Below are positions 18,421 to 26,469 of a DNA stretch of 38,405 nucleotides, piece after piece. How positions within the stretch are numbered: position 1 is the stretch's first letter; the number at the start of each line of letters is the position of its first letter. The stretch is from IMG/VR virus record IMGVR_UViG_2639762960_000007. One strand, written 5' to 3'. Under the pieces are notes generated by a model. That model did no database searches, was not told where the DNA came from, and saw only the letters and a list, made by a program, of their open reading frames with translations. This DNA is from a virus. Its lineage: Duplodnaviria; Heunggongvirae; Uroviricota; Caudoviricetes. Both the position numbers and the translations under genes were made by a program.

Positions 18421-18466
18421 CCTCATTCGCTGGCAATGATAAATCACCCGCCTGAAGAGAGAAAAC

Positions 18467-18925
18467 TCAGCGACGGGCCGCTGATTCAAGATGGCGGACA
18501 ATGGTATCGAGGATGGGGATTACCACTTCAGGCTGTAGTTCTCCATCCCCCGTCACCGGCAGGAACGGGCGGGCCGGAAGTTCAACAGACTCATTACGCC
18601 CCGTTTTACCCCCGAACTGGTGAATGGTACCGTAAACAACGTTGGTCCCCACAACAGCCTGCCGGTCGTCATGGTCGGTTGATACTGACCCCATCAGACG
18701 CCCGGTATCCTGCAGTGTCTGCCCGTCACGTTCTTCCGCTGCCAGCGAGGGCATCCACCCCGGACGCCCCTCATCAAGAAAGTTAAACTGTGTTTCCGCC
18801 AGCAGGGTTCCGGCGATTTTGCGCATCGCGGGCTCCAGGTCTGTGGCAGCCAGATCCAGCGCACGGAGGCTCCGGCGCAGGGATTTATCGTTAATGGTGA
18901 TACTGACCAGGTTATCGGAAGCCAT
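18467..18925 (-). CDS. Virion morphogenesis protein, Mu G-like
   Basis: 152 aa; ATG at 18923..18925; follows the F-like gene. Confidence 0.7.
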   Translation of the reverse strand: MASDNLVSITINDKSLRRSLRALDLAATDLEPAMRKIAGTLLAETQFNFLDEGRPGWMPSLAAEERDGQTLQDTGRLMGSVSTDHDDRQAVVGTNVVYGTIHQFGGKTGRNESVELPARPFLPVTGDGELQPEVVIPILDTIVRHLESAARR

Positions 18926-18927
18926 TG

Positions 18928-19749
18928 TTATCCTCTCAGTTCCTGTTGTGCCAGTGGCTGAAGCGTACCCTGATAGCGGGCCAGGTCGGGACGGTATGCT
19001 GCCCCCGGTGCATAAGACCAGCCGACGTCGGTGGTCACCTTCGTAGTGCCGGTATTAAAGGTGGCCACGTTCCGCATTTCGCCGGTTTTCTCTGAGACCA
19101 GTTTCAGTTCCTGGCCCATGGCAGAGCCGGAGCTGATAACCTTCAGGCCACGGGCACGTACATCCGCCGCACTCAGGGCAATCACACTACAGCGGCAGCG
19201 CCAGCCGTTCGGCGGGTAAAATGCCTGCCAGAACGGGTCATCCCAGCGCAGCACCAGACCATGCAGCGCCAGATGGCTCCTGCGGGTATGGCTGTCGTTG
19301 ATGCCGGTATACATCCAGTACGGCCTGTCGTCGACGTTTTCCATCTGTTCCGCCCAACGACCGGCGCTGTAGAGTACGGACATATTGGTGCGAAAGATGG
19401 TATCGAGCCGCCACGGACTGCCCTGCTGAATGGTGACCGGCTCACCCGTTACCGGGTCAGTCGTGTCACGTGGTCCCCACCATCCCTTACGCTTCAGCAC
19501 CGGCTCCAGCTCCTGCCGGAACCAGCGATCGGTTTTTCCTTCATCGACAGCCTGCTGCAGTGCCCCGCGAATATCTTCCAGAATATCCAGGCGGGTCACT
19601 TTAGCGACGGTAAAGGCGCGGGCATGGGCTTCCTGCCACATTTCTTCCCAGTCCCAGGTAATCTGATACCCTTTGGACTTCAGGTAACTGACTGCCCGCT
19701 TCGGGGGAAGCGTCATGCAGTACGCCAGTTCAGCCGTTGTCACGCTCAT
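18928..19749 (-). CDS. Head morphogenesis protein, Mu F-like
   Basis: ATG at 19747..19749 (track start at 19776 is TTG); C-terminal region with PPNGWRCRCSV matches F-type proteins; follows the portal gene. Confidence 0.75.
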   Translation of the reverse strand: MSVTTAELAYCMTLPPKRAVSYLKSKGYQITWDWEEMWQEAHARAFTVAKVTRLDILEDIRGALQQAVDEGKTDRWFRQELEPVLKRKGWWGPRDTTDPVTGEPVTIQQGSPWRLDTIFRTNMSVLYSAGRWAEQMENVDDRPYWMYTGINDSHTRRSHLALHGLVLRWDDPFWQAFYPPNGWRCRCSVIALSAADVRARGLKVISSGSAMGQELKLVSEKTGEMRNVATFNTGTTKVTTDVGWSYAPGAAYRPDLARYQGTLQPLAQQELRG

Positions 19750-21226
19750 GCAGACGCCCCCAGATATTTGCCACAAAGAGAATGCGGGCCAGCCGTTCCT
19801 GCAGATCGTCCGTGTTCATCTGAGGGTAGAGCTCCGCCAGTTCGCCCAGCAGCTCAGACGGGTTAACCCCGTTTTCGACCCGCTTAAACAGAGGTGCCAG
19901 GACGGGTTCCAGCGTGCCATTTAACACACCTCCGTTCATCAGAATGTCCAGCGCGTCGTCAAGCTGCTGCTGAGCCTGAATATCGGCATCAATCGCCTCG
20001 GCAAATGACAGCGGCAGCATGTTCTTCTCGCGTTCTGACGGTGGTGTCTCGTCAATATCGCCGTCCTGCAGCTGGTACTCACGCTTGAAGTATTGCGGGG
20101 TCAGACGCAGACCCGCCCGGGTGAGTTTTTCGTCGCGGGTGGCACGGGTGTCATCAATGGCCTCCTGTTCCCACATGGCCCAGACCGGACACGGCACATC
20201 GCCGAAGTTCAGGGTGACCACCGTTCTGATGACCTGATTCACTGCCGCCTGAATGATGTCCGCATCCGCATCGCGGATATCAGCCGTTACCTCCAGCCCG
20301 GCCTGTGCAGAGGCCTTGTTACTGTTCGCTTCCGTGGTCTGATTCTGACCGAGTAATGCAATGGAGATCTCACTGCGTGACAGCGTGATCAGCTCGCGGA
20401 ATACCTCGCTGCTGTCCGCCTTGCCATCCGCGGCTTTGAGTTCGATGCTGCTGTCATCGGGGATGGCGGCCACCGCGTCCTCCACCATCTGCTCCATGGA
20501 GTCCAGCAGTTTTTCAATCTCTGCATCATTTGCACCCCTCGGGTGCTTACCGATCACCCATGGGGAGCCAAACTTTTCGGCAAAGCGGAGCCAGAATTTC
20601 ATCCCGCCTTTCTTGAAGGCGACCGGCCAGAAGCACATGGACAGGTCAGGGAAACCGTAAGGATTGTCATACGAGGCATCCTGTGCCGGCACCACGAATT
20701 TTGACGGTGACAGCAGCTCACCCTCCACACCCGCATCACGCGCCCGGAAGCGCAGGCAGTTGTCCGTATCAAACTGAAACCACTCAGGCGGTTTGCCGAC
20801 AATATCCGTCACCGCCCACGCCCTGACCGAACGGCCCCACATGATTTCACAGGGCTGATACCCGTAGAGCACGGCATCGCTCATCTCACCGATGATGCGG
20901 GACAGATCCAGATCGTCGAGCATGTCGCGGATGAAACGGAAGACCCGGGCAGAAGCGTGACCGCGCTCCAGTCCACGCTCCAGTGATTTGAGCGCTGCTT
21001 TACGTCTGCGGATACAGCCCCCGACCAGCGGGTCGGTGCGCAGTTCGCGGTAGATACGGATATCCCGTCCCTGAGCCTTGAGAATGGGATCAGGGTTGGG
21101 CAGGTACATTCCCAGAGCGTAAAAGTCGATGGCGCGACTGCGCGAGGCAATCTGCGCGGTCAGTGATTTTTTGGGTTCGGTGAACGCCACGAACTCATCG
21201 GGTGAAACCCAGATACCTTTTGCCAT
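19730..21226 (-). CDS. Portal protein (Mu gp29 / DUF935-like)
   Basis: 498 aa; ATG at 21224..21226 overlapping the terminase stop; size and position between terminase and F. Confidence 0.8.
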   Translation of the reverse strand: MAKGIWVSPDEFVAFTEPKKSLTAQIASRSRAIDFYALGMYLPNPDPILKAQGRDIRIYRELRTDPLVGGCIRRRKAALKSLERGLERGHASARVFRFIRDMLDDLDLSRIIGEMSDAVLYGYQPCEIMWGRSVRAWAVTDIVGKPPEWFQFDTDNCLRFRARDAGVEGELLSPSKFVVPAQDASYDNPYGFPDLSMCFWPVAFKKGGMKFWLRFAEKFGSPWVIGKHPRGANDAEIEKLLDSMEQMVEDAVAAIPDDSSIELKAADGKADSSEVFRELITLSRSEISIALLGQNQTTEANSNKASAQAGLEVTADIRDADADIIQAAVNQVIRTVVTLNFGDVPCPVWAMWEQEAIDDTRATRDEKLTRAGLRLTPQYFKREYQLQDGDIDETPPSEREKNMLPLSFAEAIDADIQAQQQLDDALDILMNGGVLNGTLEPVLAPLFKRVENGVNPSELLGELAELYPQMNTDDLQERLARILFVANIWGRLHERDNG

Positions 21227-22542
21227 CAGAATCCCTCCAGCATGCGGGCGGCTTCACGGCGGCGGCGCGAACGCGCCACCACCGGCCCTGACGGTCCGTC
21301 AGTGGCGTTAATAGCCAGAAAACAGGCCCATGTACGGTCGGCGTGACCTGCTGCATCACTTTCCGCCACAAAGCGAGGCGCTCCGGTAGGTCCGGTGATC
21401 TTACGGAGTTTATGCAGATCACTGCGCAGTACCACATCTCCCGCCGGAATACGCAGGCGGCGGTCCTCAAACATCTCCCTGCCACGGGTCGCGAGGGTGA
21501 GCTTGTTCGGGCTGTTAAATATCACCCCCTCCACACGACTCCTGCCGTGGCGCTCCTGAGCATCTTCCACAGGCTTTTCCCCCATTCCTGTCTGATCCAT
21601 ACAGCAGCGCAGCACGCGATAACGGAAAAATACGTCATCCAGCAAAGCATCCTGCTCAGCAAAGGTGGCCCGTTTACGGGTGATGATTTCCCGGGTCCAG
21701 TAGACATCCCCCACCTGTTCAAGCACCCAGATCACAAACAGGTCATTACGGACAGCAATATCCACCCCCACAAAGCAGGGGCCACCCGTATAGTGCACCG
21801 GCAGTCCGGCAGCATCGTGCTCCACGCCGTCAATCAGTTCAAACGTCAGCCAGGCCGATGCCTCATCCAGCCACTTCAGTTCAAACTCCTGTGCCCAGGC
21901 GTCATCATCGTTGAGCGCCTGTCGCATCTGTGCAATGTCACGCGGAAGGCCGTCGCGCACGGCACGGTAAATATCCACGATGTGACGTGACCAGACATTT
22001 TCAAGGGCGTTGCTGGTCATCAGTTCATAAAACTTGTTTCCCTTGCCGTTCGGCGTCGATGTCACACGCAGTCTGTAGCCGTTGGAAATGACCGGAAACA
22101 GGGCGGTCCAGATTTTGCGACTGTCGGCATGGAAGGCGAACTCATCCAGAAAGACGTTAGCCGCAAACCCACGTGCCGTGTCGGGATTTGCCGGCAGGGC
22201 CGTGATACGGGAGCCACCGGGTAACTCCACCTCAAGCATGGTGTAGCGTTCGCCGCTTTCAGCACGGTAATAACTTTCCACCTCACGGGCCGCCATCCGG
22301 TAGGCGCTGCAGTGTTTTTTCACCCCCTCCACCATGGCTTCTTTTGCCTGACGCTCCCCACGCGATAGGATCACCCAGCGAGTGCGTCCCCCTGATGCCT
22401 CTGTTTCAAAACAGTCATCAACCAGTTCCAGCGTGGTGGTGAACGTCTTGCCCGTCTGGCGGGCAAACATGCCAATCTTGAAACGGGCACGATCCAGAAA
22501 CCACGCCTGCTGGTAGGGATACAGCTGAATGGCTGCTGTCAT
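21226..22542 (-). CDS. Terminase large subunit (Mu gp28-like)
   Basis: 438 aa; ATG at 22540..22542; N-terminal Walker A-like GMFARQTGKTFTT. Confidence 0.8.
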   Translation of the reverse strand: MTAAIQLYPYQQAWFLDRARFKIGMFARQTGKTFTTTLELVDDCFETEASGGRTRWVILSRGERQAKEAMVEGVKKHCSAYRMAAREVESYYRAESGERYTMLEVELPGGSRITALPANPDTARGFAANVFLDEFAFHADSRKIWTALFPVISNGYRLRVTSTPNGKGNKFYELMTSNALENVWSRHIVDIYRAVRDGLPRDIAQMRQALNDDDAWAQEFELKWLDEASAWLTFELIDGVEHDAAGLPVHYTGGPCFVGVDIAVRNDLFVIWVLEQVGDVYWTREIITRKRATFAEQDALLDDVFFRYRVLRCCMDQTGMGEKPVEDAQERHGRSRVEGVIFNSPNKLTLATRGREMFEDRRLRIPAGDVVLRSDLHKLRKITGPTGAPRFVAESDAAGHADRTWACFLAINATDGPSGPVVARSRRRREAARMLEGF

Positions 22543-23087
22543 GAGATCACCCCGTAAATCTGTTCCCGCACCATCTTCAGGGTTTCCAGACTCAGGCGGG
22601 TGTCGCCGGACTTCGCCTGTTTTTCCAGAGCATTCATCCGCGCCTCAATTTTTGCCAGCACCTCGGCCCGGAATCGCTTGTGGGTCACCGAAGCACGTAC
22701 CAGTGTGGCTATACTTTCCGAAGCAGTGGCCAGCAGTTTTGCGCGTTTTGCAGGGTCATCATTTTCCCCGATTTCCTGCAGACGCATCAGAACATCCAGC
22801 ATCTCGGTCTGAATAAGTGCCATCATCCCGGCAGAACGATCGTCCGCCTCGTCACCGGCTTCCTGTGCCATCAGACGCGCGGCCTCGGTGGCGGCGCGGA
22901 TGCGGGCCAGTTGTCGCTCCATTTTGTAGCCAAACCGCTGCAGGGAAGAGCGGGTGATGACGTATCCCTTCTCCTTCAGCAGGGCTTCCAGCCGGGCATA
23001 TCCACTGAAGTTATTCTCCGTCAGTGCCCGCTCCAGCCAGCGGCGGACCTCCGTCGGCAGAGAATCAATGCTGCTGCGACGTCCCAT
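22539..23087 (-). CDS. Terminase small subunit (Mu gp27 / DUF3486-like)
   Basis: ATG at 23085..23087 (track start is GTG); helical charged protein immediately upstream of the large subunit with ATGA overlap. Confidence 0.6.
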   Translation of the reverse strand: MGRRSSIDSLPTEVRRWLERALTENNFSGYARLEALLKEKGYVITRSSLQRFGYKMERQLARIRAATEAARLMAQEAGDEADDRSAGMMALIQTEMLDVLMRLQEIGENDDPAKRAKLLATASESIATLVRASVTHKRFRAEVLAKIEARMNALEKQAKSGDTRLSLETLKMVREQIYGVIS

Positions 23088-23089
23088 AA

Positions 23090-23401
23090 TCACTCACTCC
23101 AGTATTTTTCCGGGCGGGCAATACCCGGGCCGCATTCCACGGTGTATTCCACAATATCCACACCAAGGCGACTCAGATCGGCAAACCAGTCACCGGACGG
23201 TCTCTTCTCCAGCTCCACCATTTTGCGATCTGCCAGATAATCAAGCTCCCGGCGCAGCTCCAGTTGCGTGGTGTCCGGGTAGATGGCACGGGACACGTCC
23301 AGCAGCAACGTCTCGCTGGCGGTGTAAGGGCGGGTTTTGTTCAGGGCAACCAGCAGACTCCAGCGCAGGGATTCGCGGCGTACCCGGGTAATATCGACCA
23401 T
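23090..23401 (-). CDS. Conserved hypothetical phage protein
   Basis: 103 aa; ATG at 23399..23401; tightly packed between the membrane protein and small terminase genes. Confidence 0.45.
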   Translation of the reverse strand: MVDITRVRRESLRWSLLVALNKTRPYTASETLLLDVSRAIYPDTTQLELRRELDYLADRKMVELEKRPSGDWFADLSRLGVDIVEYTVECGPGIARPEKYWSE

Positions 23402-23727
23402 TATTGACCTCCGGTATTGCGGTACTGCTGTACCACTTCCAGTTTGTTATAAAGCGCGTCCAGTTTGGCCTCAATGACTGTCTGGCCACGGATATAATCC
23501 TCTCGACGGACATAATTCAGCGGTAAATCCGCTTTAAATCGCATAAATTCTTTTTCCAGCTCGCCCCAGTTGGAGGCGGATTGTTGCAGGGCCTGTTCAA
23601 GGGAGGCGAATCGTGCCGCCTGGCGTTCTTCTGTTTTACTGAACAACCATTTGGCGAGCCCTCCCACAAACCCCATGAAGGTGAGCAGAAAACTCACCAC
23701 CGTCCAGAATTCAACCTGCAGTGTCAT
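23401..23727 (-). CDS. Small membrane protein (one N-terminal TM), possibly lysis-associated
   Basis: 108 aa; ATG at 23725..23727; hydrophobic stretch WTVVSFLLTFMGFVGGLAKWLF followed by a coiled-coil-like region. Confidence 0.5.
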   Translation of the reverse strand: MTLQVEFWTVVSFLLTFMGFVGGLAKWLFSKTEERQAARFASLEQALQQSASNWGELEKEFMRFKADLPLNYVRREDYIRGQTVIEAKLDALYNKLEVVQQYRNTGGQ

Positions 23728-24374
23728 TTCTGTAATCCTTCCCGTTCATCCAGTAACGCGTTTATCTGGTTCCGCCAGCGACGACATTGTCCTGCGTTGT
23801 CGATGATGTTGGCGAGAACGTCACGCTGGGAGACACCCGAATCGCGTAACCGGGTGTCAGTGGTTTCAGGTTGCCCGGTCGCTGTGCCAGAGCGGGTGCC
23901 AGCGGCGGCAACTGAGTCTGAATGACCGGTGTCGACGGATGCGTTGTCATATCCGAGTGCGGCGTTGTACTGGCGCACGAAACCGCGAGTAAACACGCAC
24001 TCAATGGGATGGCTCTTACCTTTTTCATCAATCCAGCGCTGTGTGACATCGTTAATTTGCCCCTGTAGTTGTTTATTCCGGCTCTCCAGTTGAGCAATCT
24101 GCTCAAGATAACCGGCTTCAGCCCGCTGCCCGGCGGCCACCTGCTCCTGATACCGTCTGGCCCAGGCCCGCAGCGCAGCATTCTCAAGCGTTGCCTGCTC
24201 CGTTTTGTACGTGTCGAACGCTGACTGCAACTGACTGAGCGCGGTATCACCGTCACGCTTTGCAGAGTCATGACCACTTCTGTATCCCATGGCATACAGG
24301 CCGACCAGAAAGGCATTGATAAGAATGGCCAGCAGAATGCCGCGCCACGGCAGCTTTTTAACCAGATGCCACAC
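23724..24374 (-). CDS. Rz-like inner-membrane spanin (i-spanin)
   Basis: GTG at 24372..24374 preceded by GGAGG gives about 216 aa: N-terminal TM (GILLAILINAFLVGLYAMG), then a long helical periplasmic domain. Starts at the upstream M codons of the track ORF cannot be excluded. Confidence 0.55.
   Translation of the reverse strand: MWHLVKKLPWRGILLAILINAFLVGLYAMGYRSGHDSAKRDGDTALSQLQSAFDTYKTEQATLENAALRAWARRYQEQVAAGQRAEAGYLEQIAQLESRNKQLQGQINDVTQRWIDEKGKSHPIECVFTRGFVRQYNAALGYDNASVDTGHSDSVAAAGTRSGTATGQPETTDTRLRDSGVSQRDVLANIIDNAGQCRRWRNQINALLDEREGLQK
23762..24028 (-). CDS. Rz1-like outer-membrane lipoprotein spanin (o-spanin), fully embedded in the +1 frame of the Rz-like gene
   Basis: ATG at 24026..24028 gives 88 aa starting MKKVRAIPLSAC (lipobox LSAC), then a proline-rich mature region (TPHSDMTTHPSTPVIQTQLPPLAPALAQRPGNLKPLTPG). 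Confidence 0.55.
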   Translation of the reverse strand: MKKVRAIPLSACLLAVSCASTTPHSDMTTHPSTPVIQTQLPPLAPALAQRPGNLKPLTPGYAIRVSPSVTFSPTSSTTQDNVVAGGTR

Positions 24375-25098
24375 AACTGCTGCCTCCCCATGTGAGATAT
24401 CGCGGTGCCAGTTCGCGCAGGATGCGCTGCGGATAATGGCGGTTCTCCCGCCAGCTGGCCGCATTGCGTCCGGCATTCACCGTGGCGACATGTCCGAACC
24501 AGCGGGTGCTGTCCAGCCCCTGCTGCGAGGCCAGCCGTTTGTCCCGCTGTACCCAGCCCAGACCACCGTTATAGCCTGACAGCGTCATGGCCATACGCTC
24601 GCAGTCACTGGCGGCGCTGACGCGTTGCCACAGCCAGCGGTCATAGCTGACCAGCGCCCGGATGGCCCACGCCGGATTAAACGGTTCACGGCTGTTAAGC
24701 CCCGGCATCAGCTGACTTATCCAGTCAGCGGTGGTGGGCATAAACTGCGCCAGTCCCTGAGCGCCAGCCGGCGAGACCGCATCAGGTCGCCAGCCGCTTT
24801 CCTGATGCAGCTGCGCGGCGAAGTCGGCCACCGGCGCAGACAGTCCCCATTCAAGCCGGGCATTACGGATCACATCATCGCGATACTGCAGCGCAACCTG
24901 CGGAGGCTGCGCTGCGCATGCCTGGCTGAAAAAGCCGCCACACCAGAGCAACATTGCGACAAAGAATACCCATGCCATATGAACCAGAAAGGTCCCGGCG
25001 CGGACTGACAGGCGTTCGGTTCTGATGAAGACCCGAAAGGCTTCGAAAGCCAGTTTCAGGGACATGCATACAATCCAGGTGATCTGCGGCCAGTTCAT
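24358..25098 (-). CDS. Endolysin, soluble lytic transglycosylase (SLT) type, with N-terminal hydrophobic segment (possible signal-anchor-release domain)
   Basis: 246 aa; ATG at 25096..25098; SLT motif region LHQESGWRPDAVSPAGAQGLAQFMP; N-terminal hydrophobic stretch MAWVFFVAMLLWCGGFF. Confidence 0.75.
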   Translation of the reverse strand: MNWPQITWIVCMSLKLAFEAFRVFIRTERLSVRAGTFLVHMAWVFFVAMLLWCGGFFSQACAAQPPQVALQYRDDVIRNARLEWGLSAPVADFAAQLHQESGWRPDAVSPAGAQGLAQFMPTTADWISQLMPGLNSREPFNPAWAIRALVSYDRWLWQRVSAASDCERMAMTLSGYNGGLGWVQRDKRLASQQGLDSTRWFGHVATVNAGRNAASWRENRHYPQRILRELAPRYLTWGGSSCVASG

Positions 25099-25100
25099 GA

Positions 25101-25451
25101 TTAAAGCCCCATCGCAACAGCCAGACAGACAGCTGCAACAATCAGTGCACGGCGGATTAACGCAGCAGAAAATACAAGGTGAAGGCCGGTCTGCACAGGG
25201 AAACGCCCTTCAGCCATCAGCCTGTCTTCATGTTTCAGGTACTGACCGGGACGGGCTTTGGGGAAGAGCGAACGGTCAAGCCAGTACCCCAGCACTGCTG
25301 CCAGCGTGATGAGTGCCAGCTTGTAGATCACAACAGGCAACTGCTGTGGCGAGACCAGAGCGATGATGCCCAGCAACAGCACTGAGGTCAGCAGCCAGCC
25401 GCTGAGGCGAGGTTTTTTAACAGGGGGAATGAATTTTTTCAGGTTTTTCAT
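25101..25451 (-). CDS. Holin (three predicted TM segments)
   Basis: ATG at 25449..25451 preceded by GAGGAG gives 116 aa. The track ORF opens 11 codons upstream (GTG at 25482..25484, then ATG at 25479..25481). First gene of the lysis cassette. Confidence 0.6.
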   Translation of the reverse strand: MKNLKKFIPPVKKPRLSGWLLTSVLLLGIIALVSPQQLPVVIYKLALITLAAVLGYWLDRSLFPKARPGQYLKHEDRLMAEGRFPVQTGLHLVFSAALIRRALIVAAVCLAVAMGL

Positions 25452-25565
25452 GTGTGTCTCCTCGTTTGGTGGAGACAGCATCACAAATGTGGCGGGATAC
25501 GGATTTTAAACAGCGTTAATAGTGAAGATGTAAACGTGCACTGCATGATGGCTTTGAAAGAACGA

Positions 25566-25593
25566 CCAGCCCGGTACCCGAACACCGGGCTGG
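25566..25593 (-). terminator. GC-rich hairpin (10-bp perfect stem, 8-nt loop); candidate minus-strand terminator
   Basis: ccagcccggt-acccgaac-accgggctgg; on the minus strand it is followed by tcgttctttc. Confidence 0.35.
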
Positions 25594-25698
25594 CCATCGC
25601 CCCACAGGAATGCGCTGTGAGCCGACCAAGGTTCAGTCAGTCTCGCGAGACCAGACTAGCCTGCCATATTTTTTATAATTGTAAAAGGCTTACAGATT

Positions 25699-26469
25699 AT
25701 GAAAATGCAGACATTACCCATCGTTCCATGGATTGGTGGCAAACGCCGCCTTGCAAAACACATCCTGCCGCTGTTTCCGGCGCATGAATGTTATGTGGAG
25801 CCGTTTTGTGGGGCAGCAGCGCTCTATTTTCTTAAGGTACCCGGCAAGATCGAAGTCATTAATGATATCAACGGTGAGCTGGTGAACCTGTATCGGGTGG
25901 TAAAACATCATCTGGAAGAATTTGTACGCCAGTTCAAATGGGCGCTGGTCAGCCGGCAGATCTACAAATGGCTGCAGATCACCCCGGAAGAAACACTGAC
26001 GGATATCCAGCGTGCAGCACGGTTCTACTACCTTCAGAAGCAGGCGTTTGGGGGCAAGGTGGCGGAGCACAGCTTTGGTACCTCCACCATATCCCCGCCA
26101 CGCTTCAACCTGCTGCGTATTGAAGAAGAACTGTCAGCGGCACACCTGCGGCTTTCCAGAACGGTCATAGAACACATGGACTGGCAACAGTGCATAGAAC
26201 GATATGATCGCCCGCATACGTTGTTCTACTGTGACCCTCCATACTGGGGAACGGAAGGTTATGGTGTGGAGTTCGGACTAGAAAATTATGATCATATGGC
26301 AGATTTAGCACGCAGGATCAAAGGGAAGATGATTATATCGGTGAACGATATCCCGGAAATGCGGCAGGCATTCAACGGTCTAAATATTCAGTCGGTTGAT
26401 ATCAGCTACAACCTCAAGATCACTGGCAAATCCAGTCGCAAGAAGGAACTCATTATCCTCAACTTTTGA
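25699..26469 (+). CDS. N6-adenine DNA methyltransferase, Dam (D12 class)-like, orphan
   Basis: 256 aa; ATG at 25699; motif I-like EPFCGAAAL and catalytic DPPY (FYCDPPYW); no adjacent restriction endonuclease candidate. Confidence 0.85.
   Translation: MKMQTLPIVPWIGGKRRLAKHILPLFPAHECYVEPFCGAAALYFLKVPGKIEVINDINGELVNLYRVVKHHLEEFVRQFKWALVSRQIYKWLQITPEETLTDIQRAARFYYLQKQAFGGKVAEHSFGTSTISPPRFNLLRIEEELSAAHLRLSRTVIEHMDWQQCIERYDRPHTLFYCDPPYWGTEGYGVEFGLENYDHMADLARRIKGKMIISVNDIPEMRQAFNGLNIQSVDISYNLKITGKSSRKKELIILNF

Noticed and set aside
21343-21990. 215-aa plus-strand ORF
   Set aside because: Antisense within the terminase large subunit gene.
23762-24391. Full 209-aa embedded ORF as a separate large protein
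   Set aside because: Only the last 88 codons from the internal ATG (24028) have lipoprotein and proline-rich spanin features; the upstream part has no start context.
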